Positions 20,122 through 31,864 of a DNA stretch of 64,000 nucleotides are shown here, one piece after another. Below the pieces are notes generated by a model. The model did no database searches. It was not told the DNA's origin and saw nothing but the letters and a program-made list of their open reading frames with translations. The stretch is taken from the NCBI GenBank assembly GCA_965217865.1, contig CBDCJO010000002.1, positions 4,160,001 through 4,224,000 of the forward strand. Reading direction: 5' to 3'. Positions within the stretch are counted from its first letter, which is position 1; every line of letters starts with the position of its first letter. The position numbers and the translations under genes were made by a program. The stretch comes from Candidatus Latescibacterota bacterium. Its GTDB lineage: Bacteria; Latescibacterota; UBA2968; SICM01.

Positions 20122-22825
20122 TCACAGAGAATAATTCAACTTCAATATGCTCAGCCGGCCGATTTCGGGGCCCGCGGCATGTTCCTTATGCTTGTTGTTC
20201 AGTGAATTCTGCACAGACAATGTCAGGCTCAGGTTCCGATCAAACGGAAGCTGGTACCTGGCATTCAAGTCCAGCACCGAGTAGGTGTCGACAAAGTCAC
20301 CAAAAAATGATCTCACCGGATAGCCATCCAAATAGCGGAAGCGAAGCTGGGTACGCAGCCCCCATGCAGGATCTTCATATTCTACCCTCGCGCCGAATTG
20401 ATACTTGGGGGCGTTTAAAGCCTTGTCTCTGGCCAAAGGATTAGCCCCTTTCTTAAAAAAATTCCTGTTCCTGTAGGTATAGGTGCCGCCGAGTGTCCAG
20501 TTCTCGTTTGCGAAATATTCAAGACCCAATTCGGCGCCGTAATGTGAAATATTCCCTTCGTTGCGTTCCGCCAGCAGCAGATCGGCCGGGTCTGCCTCCT
20601 GAGGGGTCACCGTACCTACGGGAATCCCTGCAATCGTTTCTGCCAGTTTTGTCGCATCCTCGGCCGGCAGGAATTCGTTCAGGTAAGCCGCGAGGGAAGG
20701 GGTTTCAAAAAAGACATTGGGCGATTCCATAGAAATAGCCCCATAAAAATCGACGTCGTTTTCGTGGTAAACATTGGCTGTAAGAAGCAGGTTTTTCTTG
20801 ATGACACCTTTGTAACCGATTTCGTAGGTTGTGGTTCTCCGAGGTTTGAGCAGGGGTAAAATCGCTGACTCTTTGAGGGGAGACGGGATCGAATGCCCTT
20901 GTGAAAAGATTGAGAATTTTGAGCACAGTGGCCACCTGTTCCGGCTCCGGCGGCGGCAGGTCCGATAGGTCGACACCCCGGGCCTTCATGAGTGTCACAA
21001 CGGCGCCCCACATCCGCGTGGCGTCTGCCGGGATATCGGTGGACCGTCCGCCCGAACTTTCGGGGTTGAACGGAGACTGCATGTACAGTCCATCTATCCC
21101 GCCATTTGCATCCCGCCTGAAAGTCAAGGGGCTGTTGGGCGAAGACATGCGGACCCGGATCCCATAGGGAAGGCCTCCAAAGCTGCGGCTGATCAGAACA
21201 TCGCCGAAAAGATCAGCCGGTCTGGGGGTATCGAAGGCCCGATTGAACGTAAACCGGAAATTGTGATTGGCGCCCCGTCTAAAAATAAGGGCAGCACGGG
21301 GCGAAAACACCGGATCTGGCAAGTGGTTCTGATCGTCGAACCGAAGCGCCCCCACCAGTTTGAATTTTGAAGACAGCTCGGTTTCGGATTGCAAATAGTA
21401 CCCGGTCTCATTGACGTTGTCTTTATCCTCATTGCGGCCGTGAAGAGTGCCCTGAGTTTTGGGTCTGGTCAGCACCATATCCACGCCGTAGAGGAGGCGC
21501 TGGCGACCGCCCATCACCGTGAGCCCGTGCTGAATCTGGGAGACAAACTGAAAAGAATTGTCGACAAAGAGATCTCCGGTGCGCAATGCAAAGGTGTAAC
21601 CCGCATCGCTCTTGTTGAAAAATGCCTGGGCAAAAAGGTCCCTGTAAACAAACCGTCCCTGAACATAGCCAGTCGTCCAGTTTTCGGACTGCAGAGCGCC
21701 GGTTCCCGCTGCAAATATAAGGTTACTGACTCTGGAGAAACCGCCAGAAAGAATGGCAGTAGCGCCGGTGGACGCACGAAAGTCTACACGTGCGTCACCA
21801 CTGATTTTTTCAATATCAAAATCCCGTTCATTGGAAAGTTTGCCACCTTGGTCGAAACGACCGTTGGGGGTTTGAATGCCTTTCACAATAGAATCCGGCT
21901 CGGCCGGATCGAAAGATTCCCAGTCGTGCCCCCGATAATATCGAGCAGAAATCTTGTATCCAATTCGGTCATTTAAAGTACCCGCGTGGCGAAAAGAGCC
22001 CGTGAATAAATCGCGTTCGCCCATTCCCGCGCTTACCGTGGTACCTTTCGAATCAAACGGAGATTTGGTGATCATATGCATCACACCACCCGCGGCGTTC
22101 GGACCATATATGGCGGAGGCCGGGCCGTACAGAATTTCAATCCGCTCGATATCTTCGTTGGTAGAGGGGATAAATTGCATTAGACTCCCTCGGAGGCCGG
22201 GAAGATTGGCAATGCGATAATCGGTAAGTACTAAGAGCCGCCAGGTGAAGTCACCGTTAAATCCACGCACAACTGGCCGGTCCTGGTTGAGTCCTGTGCT
22301 GGCGATGTCGACTCCGGGCAGGCCTTTCAGGTGCTCGGCAGGAGACAGTACCGGCCTAGCCTCGATTTGTTCTTTTTCAAGCACACTCACGGCTGCGGGC
22401 GTCTCAATGAACCGCTCCGGACGGCGGGAAGCAGAGACGACAATCGGGTTCAGCCGGATCTCCGTCGACTGGAGGGAAATATCCAGCGATTGCGTTTCTC
22501 CAAAATGGAGTACAACGTCTCTGAAGACTTTTTCAGTGAACCCGACATAGGACACCATCACCATATAGGTACCCGGTCGCAGGCCTTTGATTTCGAATCT
22601 TCCCGTCAAAGAGGTGATAGCGCCGGTCTTGAATGCCCCCGATGTCACAACCACGTTCGCACTGGGCAGGATCTCACCGGATGCTGAATCGATGACCGTG
22701 CCCTTCAGAATAGCGGTTTGTGCGCTTACCAAAGCGGTCGCGGTAATCTCCTCTTGGGCAACGGCCCCGGCGGTCGGCATCAGCGCCAGAAGGCAGACAA
22801 AAGCGATCGATCTCTGGATCATCAT
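20122..22825 (-). pseudogene. TonB-dependent receptor with carboxypeptidase-regulatory-like N-domain; one frameshift at ~20850
   Basis: Signal peptide, plug (IERIEILYGPASAIYGPNAAGGV) and barrel C-terminus (VQNSLNNKH...LKLNYSL); a 1-nt correction restores FTPLKPRRTTTYEIGYKG. Confidence 0.85.
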
Positions 22826-22939
22826 CACCCCTTCCGAAGGGCTTGCATGAACACCATGCCATTCCCTTCTGGTATCAATGCAACTTGGGCTCAGGTGTCG
22901 AAAATGGAAATTCCGTAACAAGGTCCTAACCTGGGTTGG

Positions 22940-24370
22940 CTACTTCGCCTTGGGTCGTTCGGTAACGGTCTTGAGGAACTGAAGGCTCTTCGAGTACCCT
23001 TCATTCTCGGGTTCCAGTTCAAGTGCCTTTTCCATATACCGGATTGCTGCCTCGTAGTTCTTCTTTGCTGCATTCGCATACCCAATCATGTAGTAGGCTT
23101 CTGCACCGAAATCCGTTGAGAGTAGAGTCATCAATAGGCCAATAGCGTCGTTATACGCCTCAGCTTCAATCCGGGTCTTCGCGAAATTCATTTGGCGAAG
23201 ATGGTCACCAGGATCCATCATCAAAGGTTCGATGTATTCTTTCTCAACGTATCTCTCCCTCATTGCTTGAAGACCACGGAAGCTCGCCTGGAAGTTCTGA
23301 TCAAACTGTTCTGCATCTGGATAGGTAAGCTCCCCCTCAGTCGTTGGTGTGGCATACGGGTAATCGGACCACACCTCTCTCACGTCAGTGATCTCGAGGG
23401 AACCCTCGGCGGCAAGCACAGCACAAGTCTTTGCACCCAGTTCCCACGCTTCCAGAAACGAACCTTCCCCCAATTTGGTGACTTCCACCGGAATCCAGTA
23501 GCGTCCGTTGCGATCAACATACAGGCTCGGGTCGAGACTGAACCCTAACTCCATTCGAAACGTCACACCTGAATCGAACATCATCAGAATGTGATCAGGG
23601 GCGTCAACAAACGCCGTCTCGATATTCAGATTCTCGAGAAGCGAGCAGTAGAGGACAGTGCAATCATCACAGTCCCCTCGGCGGCTCTTCAGGAGCTCAG
23701 AGGGGTACTGGATATAATCGATGGCGGACCGATCCGACCGAACCTTGGAATACGGTGTACTGGGGTCCTGCGCGTATCGGATGCCGTGACCATTCAAGGC
23801 CTCGAACATCAACATAGCGGCGGGGATGTTCCCGTCGACACGACGGCCTTTCATCTGTTGACGATAGGCGTCGTAGAGGCCTCGTGCGAAGCCTGCGACC
23901 CTTCTGTCTTCGGGAGTCACGAATGCTGCGGCCCGCCCCAAAGGTTCCCAGGTGAGGGCGCCCCGACCGTACACCTTGATATCTGTCGGCTCCGTGACAG
24001 AGATCCTCTGATCCCCGACCTCACTCGACAGCGACACTTCGGCTTGGACAGACTGGGTGCCCTCCAATTTCAGAATGGCTTCATCCAGAATCGCGTTGAG
24101 ATCCACTCGCTGTTCTGACTGACCCTCGAGCGTCAGTTTCTTTCCTGTGGGACGTGGCATCAACCCAGGGATATGGAAACTGACACGGGCATCCACCGGG
24201 TCTGGGGCATCGTTTGTGACAACGACCGAGCCAATCGAATGTTCGGCGTACGTCTTGTAGAACGACGCGAACACATCCTGGACCCGAACGTCTGCGATAC
24301 GGACGGTGGCGCTGATGGGCTGATAGAAGACATTGAGTTTGACGGTAGCGGGTTGCTCGGAGAGTGCTAT
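22940..24370 (-). pseudogene. 5'-truncated protein with transglutaminase-like (GDCDDC...H) core and C-terminal TPR
   Basis: The frame extends upstream of the called start to SEQPATVKLNV (similar to a Y_Y_Y end) and then hits a stop; QYPSELL..RGDCDD, HILMMF, WIPVEVT; TPR ALELEPEN. Confidence 0.7.
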
Positions 24371-24502
24371 ACCTCTCTAAAGATAAATAACTCGTACCAT
24401 TTCGTAAATATCTTTTTACCACGGCAGGCCACGGTCGAATCCGTTGCCGAAGAAGAAGGTCAAAAGCTCGCAGACTTCTATGCCCAGCCTTGCTTTTCCC
24501 TG

Positions 24503-25516
24503 CTAATCTCCGCCCGCGGCGGCTGTCCCGCCAGCATCGAGCCGATCGAACAACGACTGATCCCAGTCCACCCATTCGCGAATCCCACTCGCCTCAACCG
24601 CCCGCAAGTAGCCGTTGGTGTAGGCCTCTGACAGTGGCGCCTGGGCCGGGAAATACGGCCCCGAATCCATTCCGAGCGCCTGGAGCCTGAGCCGCGATGT
24701 AGGCCCCTCGCCCATTCCCACCCAGCCCTGCTCCTCCGGATTGACGACTTTTATGAACGGTTCTATACTCGTCTTAATCTCCAGCTCGTCCAGCTCCTCG
24801 AACCGCCGCTCCTGAATGAGCTTCCACTTGTGCAGAGACGCTCTGGGCGCAACGTTGCACTGGAAGTCAATAAAGCCCTTCATTCCGAGACGGAAACCGA
24901 TCGACATGATCCCGCTGTTGTTGATGAAGTTGAACTTGTCCGCGAACAGCACAACCATGTTCGCATAGTGCTTGATGTCATACGATACCCACTTGACTCC
25001 CACCACGTTTTCAAGCTCGGTGAATCGTTCCAGCAGATCTTGAGAGTAATCGAAGCCGGGCTTAGGCATTGCCCAGGGTATGTTGTAGGCCATAATCCCG
25101 ATATCCGCCGCGTCGTTCACGCACTTGAAGTGCCCAAACGCCTCCTCCTCAGTGGGCACCAGGTAGTGCGGCGGCGCGAGCTGGAGGAAATCGACTCCGG
25201 CATCGGCCGCGTACTTCGCCTTCTTTGCGGCTCTCCTCGCGCTCAGCTCAAACAGGCCGATGCACGTGGGCACCCGGCCCTCCGCAGCCTGAACGACCGT
25301 ATCCGCCATTCCGCGCCATTCATCGTCGTCGAGAAAGTAGCCCTCGCCGAGGCCGCCTGCGATCATGATTACGGCGTTGCCCTCGGTCACGCCGTGGTCG
25401 ATCAACCATTTAATGTGAAACTTCGACTTGTCCAGCTCCAGGTTGTAGTTCTCGTCGTTGAACGTGGGCAGGGACACGACCACGCCTTGAAGTTTGTCCT
25501 TCCGTGAGTTCGGCAT
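24503..25516 (-). CDS. Dihydrodipicolinate synthase (DapA/NanA) family aldolase
   Basis: GGLGEG, YNIP and NVVGVKW motifs. Confidence 0.85.
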   Translation of the reverse strand: MPNSRKDKLQGVVVSLPTFNDENYNLELDKSKFHIKWLIDHGVTEGNAVIMIAGGLGEGYFLDDDEWRGMADTVVQAAEGRVPTCIGLFELSARRAAKKAKYAADAGVDFLQLAPPHYLVPTEEEAFGHFKCVNDAADIGIMAYNIPWAMPKPGFDYSQDLLERFTELENVVGVKWVSYDIKHYANMVVLFADKFNFINNSGIMSIGFRLGMKGFIDFQCNVAPRASLHKWKLIQERRFEELDELEIKTSIEPFIKVVNPEEQGWVGMGEGPTSRLRLQALGMDSGPYFPAQAPLSEAYTNGYLRAVEASGIREWVDWDQSLFDRLDAGGTAAAGGD

Positions 25517-25544
25517 TCAGTTTCCTCCCTGTGTGGCAATTTTC

Positions 25545-25724
25545 GGTTAGAGATTTCCGGCGTCTGCGAACCCCGAAGGGGTTTGGGCGAAGGTGCGAAT
25601 GCGCAGCCGCAGCCGGTCGTGTTAGGCGTCTGCCGCGGCCTGAAAACTTAACGGCCTTGCCAGGATGGCAAGGCCGATTTCTTTCTCATGAAGGATCAGT
25701 TGTAGGATTTTCACATCAGGGTCA
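25545..25724 (-). repeat. Conserved post-stop hairpin segment plus attC-like site, copy A
   Basis: Homologous to 48751-48964; hairpin CGGCCTTGCC-ATCCT-GGCAAGGCCG followed by GCCTAACACG...; the distal core is degenerate. Confidence 0.7.
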
Positions 25725-25937
25725 CACGTTCAAAGGTGTCATTCGAAAAACCCGGGCAAGTGCACTTGCCTTCCTGAGGTCTCCAGATTCGAGGGCTTGC
25801 TTTACGGAGTCCATTTTTTGGGCATCCTCCACAGAGAGATAGGGCGCCCATCCCTCGTCGCCTTCAATGAGTTCGACCTCTACTTCGGCGATGAACTCTC
25901 CTACATGGACGAGCCTTGTGCGGTCTCCAGTTTTCAC
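25722..25937 (-). CDS. Small protein, putative antitoxin partner of DUF4258
   Basis: 71 aa, overlaps the DUF4258-like stop; AEVEVELI...WAPYLSVEDA. Confidence 0.6.
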   Translation of the reverse strand: MKTGDRTRLVHVGEFIAEVEVELIEGDEGWAPYLSVEDAQKMDSVKQALESGDLRKASALARVFRMTPLNV

Positions 25938-26150
25938 GATGTTCTCCTCAGAAAGTCGTCACTCCAACGATCCTTGTCCGGCCGGTAGCCGCTGACGATG
26001 ACTGCGGGTCTCGAAGCTCCCTTTGGTATCCCCCACACGACGTGTATTGGTTGATTACTCCCATCCCTCTGCAGAGTCAGAACACACGGTCCTTTAGGAT
26101 AATCCGGGTAATCCTCCACAAGTTCGGCCTGTTTCACACCAGCAAGGACA
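25934..26150 (-). pseudogene. DUF4258-like putative toxin, N-terminally truncated
   Basis: VEDYPDYPKGPCVL...PIHVVW...GYRPDKDRW; the 5' part is replaced by the neighbouring gene. Confidence 0.7.
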
Positions 26151-26600
26151 TTGAGTAACGAGAAGGGTGGGAACCCAAAATGATGGTATCCAGTATGAGG
26201 CACCCATAAATGGCCCGATGTTGTGTAGTGCTCCCATAGAAATTGCGAATGCGAGGTCAATTGTGCCAACCACATTAAACACCCACATTGCTATTAGTTT
26301 GAATGGTTTATCTTGCTTAATTGCATACAAGGCAAACAGCGCCAGTAATGCTGCTATAAAGTCACCAATCGCAGCAGGGTATGAAAATTGTGTGGGCATA
26401 CCTTCATAGACCGCACCAGAGGTCATAAACATAAGACCAAGATGCCTTAGCGAATGTAAAATCAATATTGGAACAAATATAGTCGTTGCCGATATTTCTT
26501 TTAACTTTGGCATCAAATATATTTTTGCTGCCCAGTAAAAGGTAACCGTACTCATTGCCAAATTAAATGGCATGATTCTATCCAATAGTATCTGCTCCAT
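26151..26600 (-). pseudogene. Multi-TM membrane protein, 3' end lost at a deletion junction
   Basis: Hydrophobic ORF (HSLRHLGL, GDFIAA, FNVVGTIDL, WIPSFWVP) that runs abruptly into DUF4258 sequence; lower GC. Confidence 0.65.
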
Positions 26601-26619
26601 TATTATCTCCTCCGCTAAT

Positions 26620-26691
26620 TGTTAACGCAAATAACCGGCCGGCTTTGGAGGGTAGCGGAAAAGCCAGTCCGTGTCGATTGGCTTGTTAGAT
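26620..26691 (-). other. attC site
   Basis: ATCTAACAAGCCAATCGACACGGACTGGCTTTTCCGCTACCCTCCAAAGCCGGCCGGTTATTTGCGTTAAC between two co-oriented genes. Confidence 0.75.
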
Positions 26692-26700
26692 TGATTGATA

Positions 26701-27036
26701 TTAAATCCATCGCCGAACTTCAGATTTATACCGCAAGTACTCATCACCAAATTTTTGCTCCAAATACTGTTCTTCACGTTTGATAACGCCCTGATCCACA
26801 ACCACAAGCACGGGTACTATGAGCAGTAGAATCCATAATGAGTTAACCCAACAGGCAATGCCCAAATAGACGAATGCTAAAGAAACATACATGGGATTTC
26901 GACTCAATCGGTAAATACCATTAGTCACAATAGCTGTCGTAGGCTTACGTACATCTACTGGTGTCTCAGCTCGCTTCAAAGCCAGCATCCCCAACAACGC
27001 TATGGGAATGGGCGCCAGAATCAACAGGACACCTAA
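26701..27036 (-). pseudogene. ICMT/PEMT-family methyltransferase, 5' truncated by IS
   Basis: GIYRLSRNPMY and EEQYLEQKFGDEYLRYK.VRRWI motifs; the N-terminus is absent on the far side of the IS. Confidence 0.8.
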
Positions 27037-28562
27037 CAGCCTGTTGAAAAAGTGCGTTTATGCCAAGATGACTATTGTCTTTCCTTGTGGTTTGGTCCTA
27101 TGATATATCAGGTTCAAACTGAGAAGGGAGGACGAGCAAATGGCAATGGGAAAACGAGGACGACAGAGACAGGAAAACCTGTTCATCGCATCGAACACTT
27201 TGGTGAAATCTCCGGGTCATCCGTTCTACGAGAAGCTGAATCAGGTATTGGGGGCGAACGGCTTCGACGAGTTCGTCGAGGGGCTTTGCCAGCGGTATTA
27301 CGCTCCTCATATGGGTCGCAAGGGCATTCCGCCCGGGGTTTATTTTCGGATGCTTTTGATTGGGTATTTCGAGGGACTTGATTCGGAACGTGGGATCGAA
27401 TGGCGTGTATCTGACTCGCTGACGTTGCGCCGGTTTTTGGGGTATGCCCTTGACGAACAGACCCCGGATCATTCCAGCCTGTCTCGCATCCGGCATCGGC
27501 TTCCCTTGGAAGTTCACGAAGCGGTTTTCAAGTGGATCCTGAGGGTCTTGTGCAAAGCGGGTCTGGTGAAGGGGAAGACGTTGGGCGTGGATGCTACGAC
27601 ACTGGAGGCCAACGCCGCGATGCGCAGCATTGTACGCCGTGACACGGGTGAAGGCTACCAGGCATTCCTTGAGAATCTGGCCAAGGCCTCGGGCATTGAA
27701 ACGCCTACCCGCGAGGACTTGTCCAAGATCGATAAGAAGCGACCGAAGAAGGGATCGAACCAGGACTGGGAGCACCCGCACGACCCGGATGCCAAGATCG
27801 CTAAGATGAAGGACGGTCGCACGCACATGGCGCACAAGGTGGAGCACGCGGTGGATCTGGACACCAATGCCATTGTGGCAGTGGCGTTGTCGGGAGCAGA
27901 TGAAGGAGATACCGAGTCGTTGCCCTGGACGCTGCTCGAGGCGCCGCTCAATCTCAAGCAGGTCGCGAAGGACGAAAAAGCTGCCAAACGTTTGCACAGA
28001 CAGCGTATACGGGAGGTGGTTGCGGACAAAGGATATCATAGCAACGATGTATTGACCAGTCTGAAGCAAGGCGGCATCCGGAGTTACATTTCAGAACCGG
28101 ATCGGGGACGCCGCAAGTGGAACGGCCGACGAGATGAGCAGGCCGCGGTATATGCGAATCGACGCCGGATCAAGGGAGATCGCGGCAAGGCCTTGCGCCG
28201 AAGTCGTGCAGAACGGGTGGAAAGAACCATCGCTCACACATATGATACCGGTGGCATGCGCAGGTTGCACTTGAGAGACCGCGGCAATATCCTCAAGCGT
28301 TTGCTGATCCACATCGGGGGCTGCAACCTGGCTCTGCTCATGCGCAAAGTGATGGGCGTAGGTACTCCGAAGGCCCTCCAGGACCTGGCCAAGGCCTTGC
28401 AGCGTCTACTGCTCGTCCTACAATCACGTTTGCTGCCCTCGGTCACCTTTTTAACCTCTTATCAGCGTCTCCTGCTCAATCTCCTTACCTTGATTTATCT
28501 GACCCGCACTCCAGGCGTCTTTTCCGTTTATGTGCGTTGAAAGGTAGTTCTTCAACGGGCTG
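27037..28562 (+). mobile_element. IS1182/IS5-like IS, copy 2 (transposase 27140-28540)
   Basis: 1526-bp core, near-identical to copy 1; non-cognate flanks. Confidence 0.9.
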
Positions 28563-28613
28563 TTAGCCGAGAAGTACAATATGGAGATAGTGGGACCTCC
28601 GCTGGATCTTTAG
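28563..28613 (+). pseudogene. C-terminal remnant, cupin-domain-protein-like
   Basis: LAEKYNMEIVGPPLDL* abutting the IS end. Confidence 0.4.
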
Positions 28614-28735
28614 GCAGTGGAAGCATGCTGTGATTTGGGTGGGATGATGATGCGGATACCACCTCAAGCTGCGGTATAGTTCTGCCTGTTTTACCTGTGT
28701 GAGCGTGTTTATTTAAGCCCATCAGGGAGACACCT

Positions 28736-29842
28736 GTGCCAAAGGTCAGATTTCCGGGAAAGGCCAGTGACTTTCTGAAGATCGGTGTTGCGGCCGCAGC
28801 ACGCGGTGACGTAGAAGCTGTTCGCGCCATTCTCAGGGAGCGGCCCGAGTGGTTAATGCGTATAGGCTCGCACGGCCGGACCATTTTATGGGAGGCGTCG
28901 CACCGCGGCAAGTTCGAGATGGTCAGATACATCGTGAGGCGCGGCGCGGACATCGATGCCTGTGGGACACACTATACCCTCTACTTCGTCGAAATCAGCT
29001 GCTACTGCATAGCGCGGCATAAGAAACACGACGACGTGGCCGACCTTCTCCTCGAGAAAGGCGCAAAAATTGATCTCCACACCGTTGCCTTTCTCGGGGA
29101 CTGTGAAGGCGTAAAGCGTATTCTGAAACAGGACCCCAAATTACTGCACGAAGGCCACCCTCAGTCCGCTCCTGCGCCGTGGGCCACACCATTGTGCTAT
29201 GCGCTACGAGGCGGTGACGTGGAGACAGTCAAGGTTCTCATCGAGAGAGGCGCAAAGATTAAAGGCAACGAGAATCCGTTCTTCATTGCCGCAAACAACA
29301 ATGTTGATAAGGTCCGTTTGCTTCTTGAACACGGTGCGGATCCCCAGGAGTTGCCGTCGATATATAAGGATGAAGGCGAACTCTTTGAACTCGTGTCGTC
29401 CTACGGCGCCAAACCACGGGACGCAGCCAATTGTAGTGGAGACCTCGTGTATCTCTGTCGGGGAGACAGAGGGGGAAACCCTGGTGAAGTGAAGCGATTG
29501 TTGAGCGTGGGTGCCGACGTGGGCTTCCAGGATCGCAAAGGCAAGACTGCGCTTCATCGTGCAGCCAGAGCGGGCTTCGTAGAAACTATGGCCGTGTTGC
29601 TGGACCACGGAGCTTCAGTAGAGACGGAAGATCCCAGCGGGGAAACCCCTCTTTTCGACGTCATTCGATCCACGATCAAGAGCACCGAGAACAAGAATGC
29701 GGCCGTTCGACTTTTGCTTAAAGCGGGCGCCGATCCGCACCACGCTAATCCGCGAGGTGAGACCCCTTTAAGCATAGCCGAAAGTGCGAGACACCCGGCA
29801 GCGAAGGACCTCGCGAAAATGCTGCGGCGTCATTCGACTTGA
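28736..29842 (+). CDS. Ankyrin repeat protein
   Basis: Multiple GKTALHRAA / GETPL repeats. Confidence 0.88.
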   Translation: MPKVRFPGKASDFLKIGVAAAARGDVEAVRAILRERPEWLMRIGSHGRTILWEASHRGKFEMVRYIVRRGADIDACGTHYTLYFVEISCYCIARHKKHDDVADLLLEKGAKIDLHTVAFLGDCEGVKRILKQDPKLLHEGHPQSAPAPWATPLCYALRGGDVETVKVLIERGAKIKGNENPFFIAANNNVDKVRLLLEHGADPQELPSIYKDEGELFELVSSYGAKPRDAANCSGDLVYLCRGDRGGNPGEVKRLLSVGADVGFQDRKGKTALHRAARAGFVETMAVLLDHGASVETEDPSGETPLFDVIRSTIKSTENKNAAVRLLLKAGADPHHANPRGETPLSIAESARHPAAKDLAKMLRRHST

Positions 29843-30073
29843 CCGCAGAACAACGGAAGACCGGCAGTCAGATAGAAGTTGCCAATGGCAAACGGGTTCC
29901 GGTTACCTTCCCCCGACCCTTATCTCACTTAGGACGTATAAGGGCGGTGAACCTTTGCCCTAGGCAGACGCCTCGCTTCACCCAAATCCACATTGACGGC
30001 GAGAAAAACTGGCGTCGTCCTTGCGCCACCGAAGACAAAGGTTAATCTGAAATCTACTTTTTGGTTGTTTTTA

Positions 30074-30091
30074 GTTAACATATTCGTTAAC
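30074..30091. promoter_or_regulatory. Palindromic operator candidate for TA autorepression
   Basis: GTTAAC-ATATTC-GTTAAC just upstream of the toxin ATG. Confidence 0.5.
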
Positions 30092-30100
30092 ATTTTAAAA

Positions 30101-30451
30101 ATGAGAGAGATCAGCTTTTACCGCACAGCATCAGGGCATTGTCCTGTCGAACAATTCTTAGATTCCCTTAGTGCGAGACAAGGTGCCAAAGTCACCTGGA
30201 CATTAGGGCTGATCGAGGAATTAGAGTTCATACCCCAACAATATTTTAAGAAACTGGTCAACACGGATGACATCTGGGAGGTTCGCGTCAACATCGGTAG
30301 AAATACGTTCAGACTCCTGGCCTTTTTCGACGGTCCAAGGTTGGTGGTCCTCAATCATGCATTTGCCAAGAAATCGCAGAAAACGCCAAGATCAGATATT
30401 CATCTGGCAGAACAGAGAAAACGAGATTATTTCAGGAGGAAAAACCGATGA
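30101..30451 (+). CDS. RelE/HigB-like (Gp49) toxin
   Basis: [16 protein letters not shown] and [11 protein letters not shown] motifs; toxin-first order. Confidence 0.85.
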   Translation: MREISFYRTASGHCPVEQFLDSLSARQGAKVTWTLGLIEELEFIPQQYFKKLVNTDDIWEVRVNIGRNTFRLLAFFDGPRLVVLNHAFAKKSQKTPRSDIHLAEQRKRDYFRRKNR

Positions 30452-30723
30452 GCGACTTAAAAAAATATGTCGAGAAACGTAAGGCACGCGATCCCGAATT
30501 TGCGGAGAATTATGAAGTTGGCTACTTGGAATTCAAGATCGGTGTTCTCCTCCGACAAGCTCGAGAAGAAGCAGGTTTGACTCAAGAAGAGGTGGCCCAA
30601 AAGCTGAATACAAAGAAATCTGCCATCTCAAGAATGGAAAACCATGCAGAAGACATTCGCCTCTCGACCTTAGGAAAGTACGCAAAAGCGGTCGGAAAGA
30701 AATTACACTTTTCGGTGGGATAA
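30448..30723 (+). CDS. HigA-like XRE HTH antitoxin
   Basis: [13 protein letters not shown]...SAISRMEN; ATGA overlap with the toxin. Confidence 0.88.
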   Translation: MSDLKKYVEKRKARDPEFAENYEVGYLEFKIGVLLRQAREEAGLTQEEVAQKLNTKKSAISRMENHAEDIRLSTLGKYAKAVGKKLHFSVG

Positions 30724-30749
30724 AGAGGTTCAATTATTCGCTATCTGTC

Positions 30750-30908
30750 TCATAACAAACACAGAACATTCCCCAAGCTTTGCTTCCTGCCACCCGGTGG
30801 TTGCGATTCGACTACAGAAAACATGCCGGTCTTCAGTTGCGCTATGTGACGCCTCCCTTCACACAAATCGCCTTGACGGCGAGTTCGCACACCGGCCAGA
30901 CGTTATGG
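30750..30908 (+). other. Long degenerate attC-like site
   Basis: TCATAAC...GTTATGG with inner GCCGGT / ACCGGC, between the TA pair and the phosphatase. Confidence 0.45.
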
Positions 30909-30949
30909 GAAATGACAAAGCTACTCCCGATTGGGAGGAACGGCGCTGA

Positions 30950-31702
30950 ATGGACGAGACATTGGACCCCAAACGCCGCCTGGAGATCGAAGGCGCGTAC
31001 AATGTGAGAGACCTGGGAGGATATTGCACGGGGAACGGGTGTCGCACGCGCTGGCAGCGGTTCCTGCGGGCTGATTCCCTGCACCAGCTGTCTCCCTCCG
31101 CCCAGACCGCCCTCCTTGACTACGGTGTACGCACAGTAATCGACCTGCGGCGAACGAATGAAACCCAGGCAGCACCCAATGTCTTTGCCGGTTCATCGGT
31201 GGTGGAGTACCACCATCTGAATATGATCGGCGACGAGGATCTGGGAATCGAACCCCTGCCGGAGGAAACGGAAAGACCGCTGCTGGTCGCCAACGACTAT
31301 TTCTGGTTTCTCGACAAGTGCCAGGTCCAGGTGGACCGAATCATGGGGACGCTGGCGGACGCGGGGAATCAGGCCGCTCTGTTCCACTGCGCCGGCGGCA
31401 AGGACCGCACGGGCTTGATTTCGGCCCTGCTCCTGGGCCTCGCAGGGGTGCCCAGGGAGACAATCGCCGCCGATTACAGCCTGACCGCTCGCTACATGGT
31501 GGTGCCCTATCTGACATTCCCAGATGCGGATCCGGAGATCCGTATCTGGGAGGACTACCAGCGCGTATACTGCCCGCCGGAGACCATGCTGCTGGTCCTG
31601 GACCATCTGGAGCGTAACTATGGTGGGGTCGAAGGCTATGTGCGGACGGTGGGGCTGTCAAAGGATCAGATCGCCCAATTGCGCGATACGCTGGTGGAAT
31701 AG
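30950..31702 (+). CDS. Tyrosine/dual-specificity protein phosphatase (Y_phosphatase3-like)
   Basis: NVRDLGG, IDLR and HCAGGKDRTG motifs. Confidence 0.9.
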   Translation: MDETLDPKRRLEIEGAYNVRDLGGYCTGNGCRTRWQRFLRADSLHQLSPSAQTALLDYGVRTVIDLRRTNETQAAPNVFAGSSVVEYHHLNMIGDEDLGIEPLPEETERPLLVANDYFWFLDKCQVQVDRIMGTLADAGNQAALFHCAGGKDRTGLISALLLGLAGVPRETIAADYSLTARYMVVPYLTFPDADPEIRIWEDYQRVYCPPETMLLVLDHLERNYGGVEGYVRTVGLSKDQIAQLRDTLVE

Positions 31703-31864
31703 CCCGCATTCAGGAGGGATATGGAGATGAACATACCCCTCCACCCCGGCTGACACTTCCCATAACATCCGATCTCCGCTGCGCCACACGGTGTTGCCGG
31801 AGTTGGTCTGCACATCGAGAAAGGAATCGAAATACTGGAGCAGTACGGTTTTTGCATTTTTAGA

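Noticed and set aside
22844-22862. Possible third sigma54 promoter before the TonB receptor (TGGCATGGTGTTCATGC)
   Set aside because: GG-N10-GC spacing is not met and the shared upstream module is absent.
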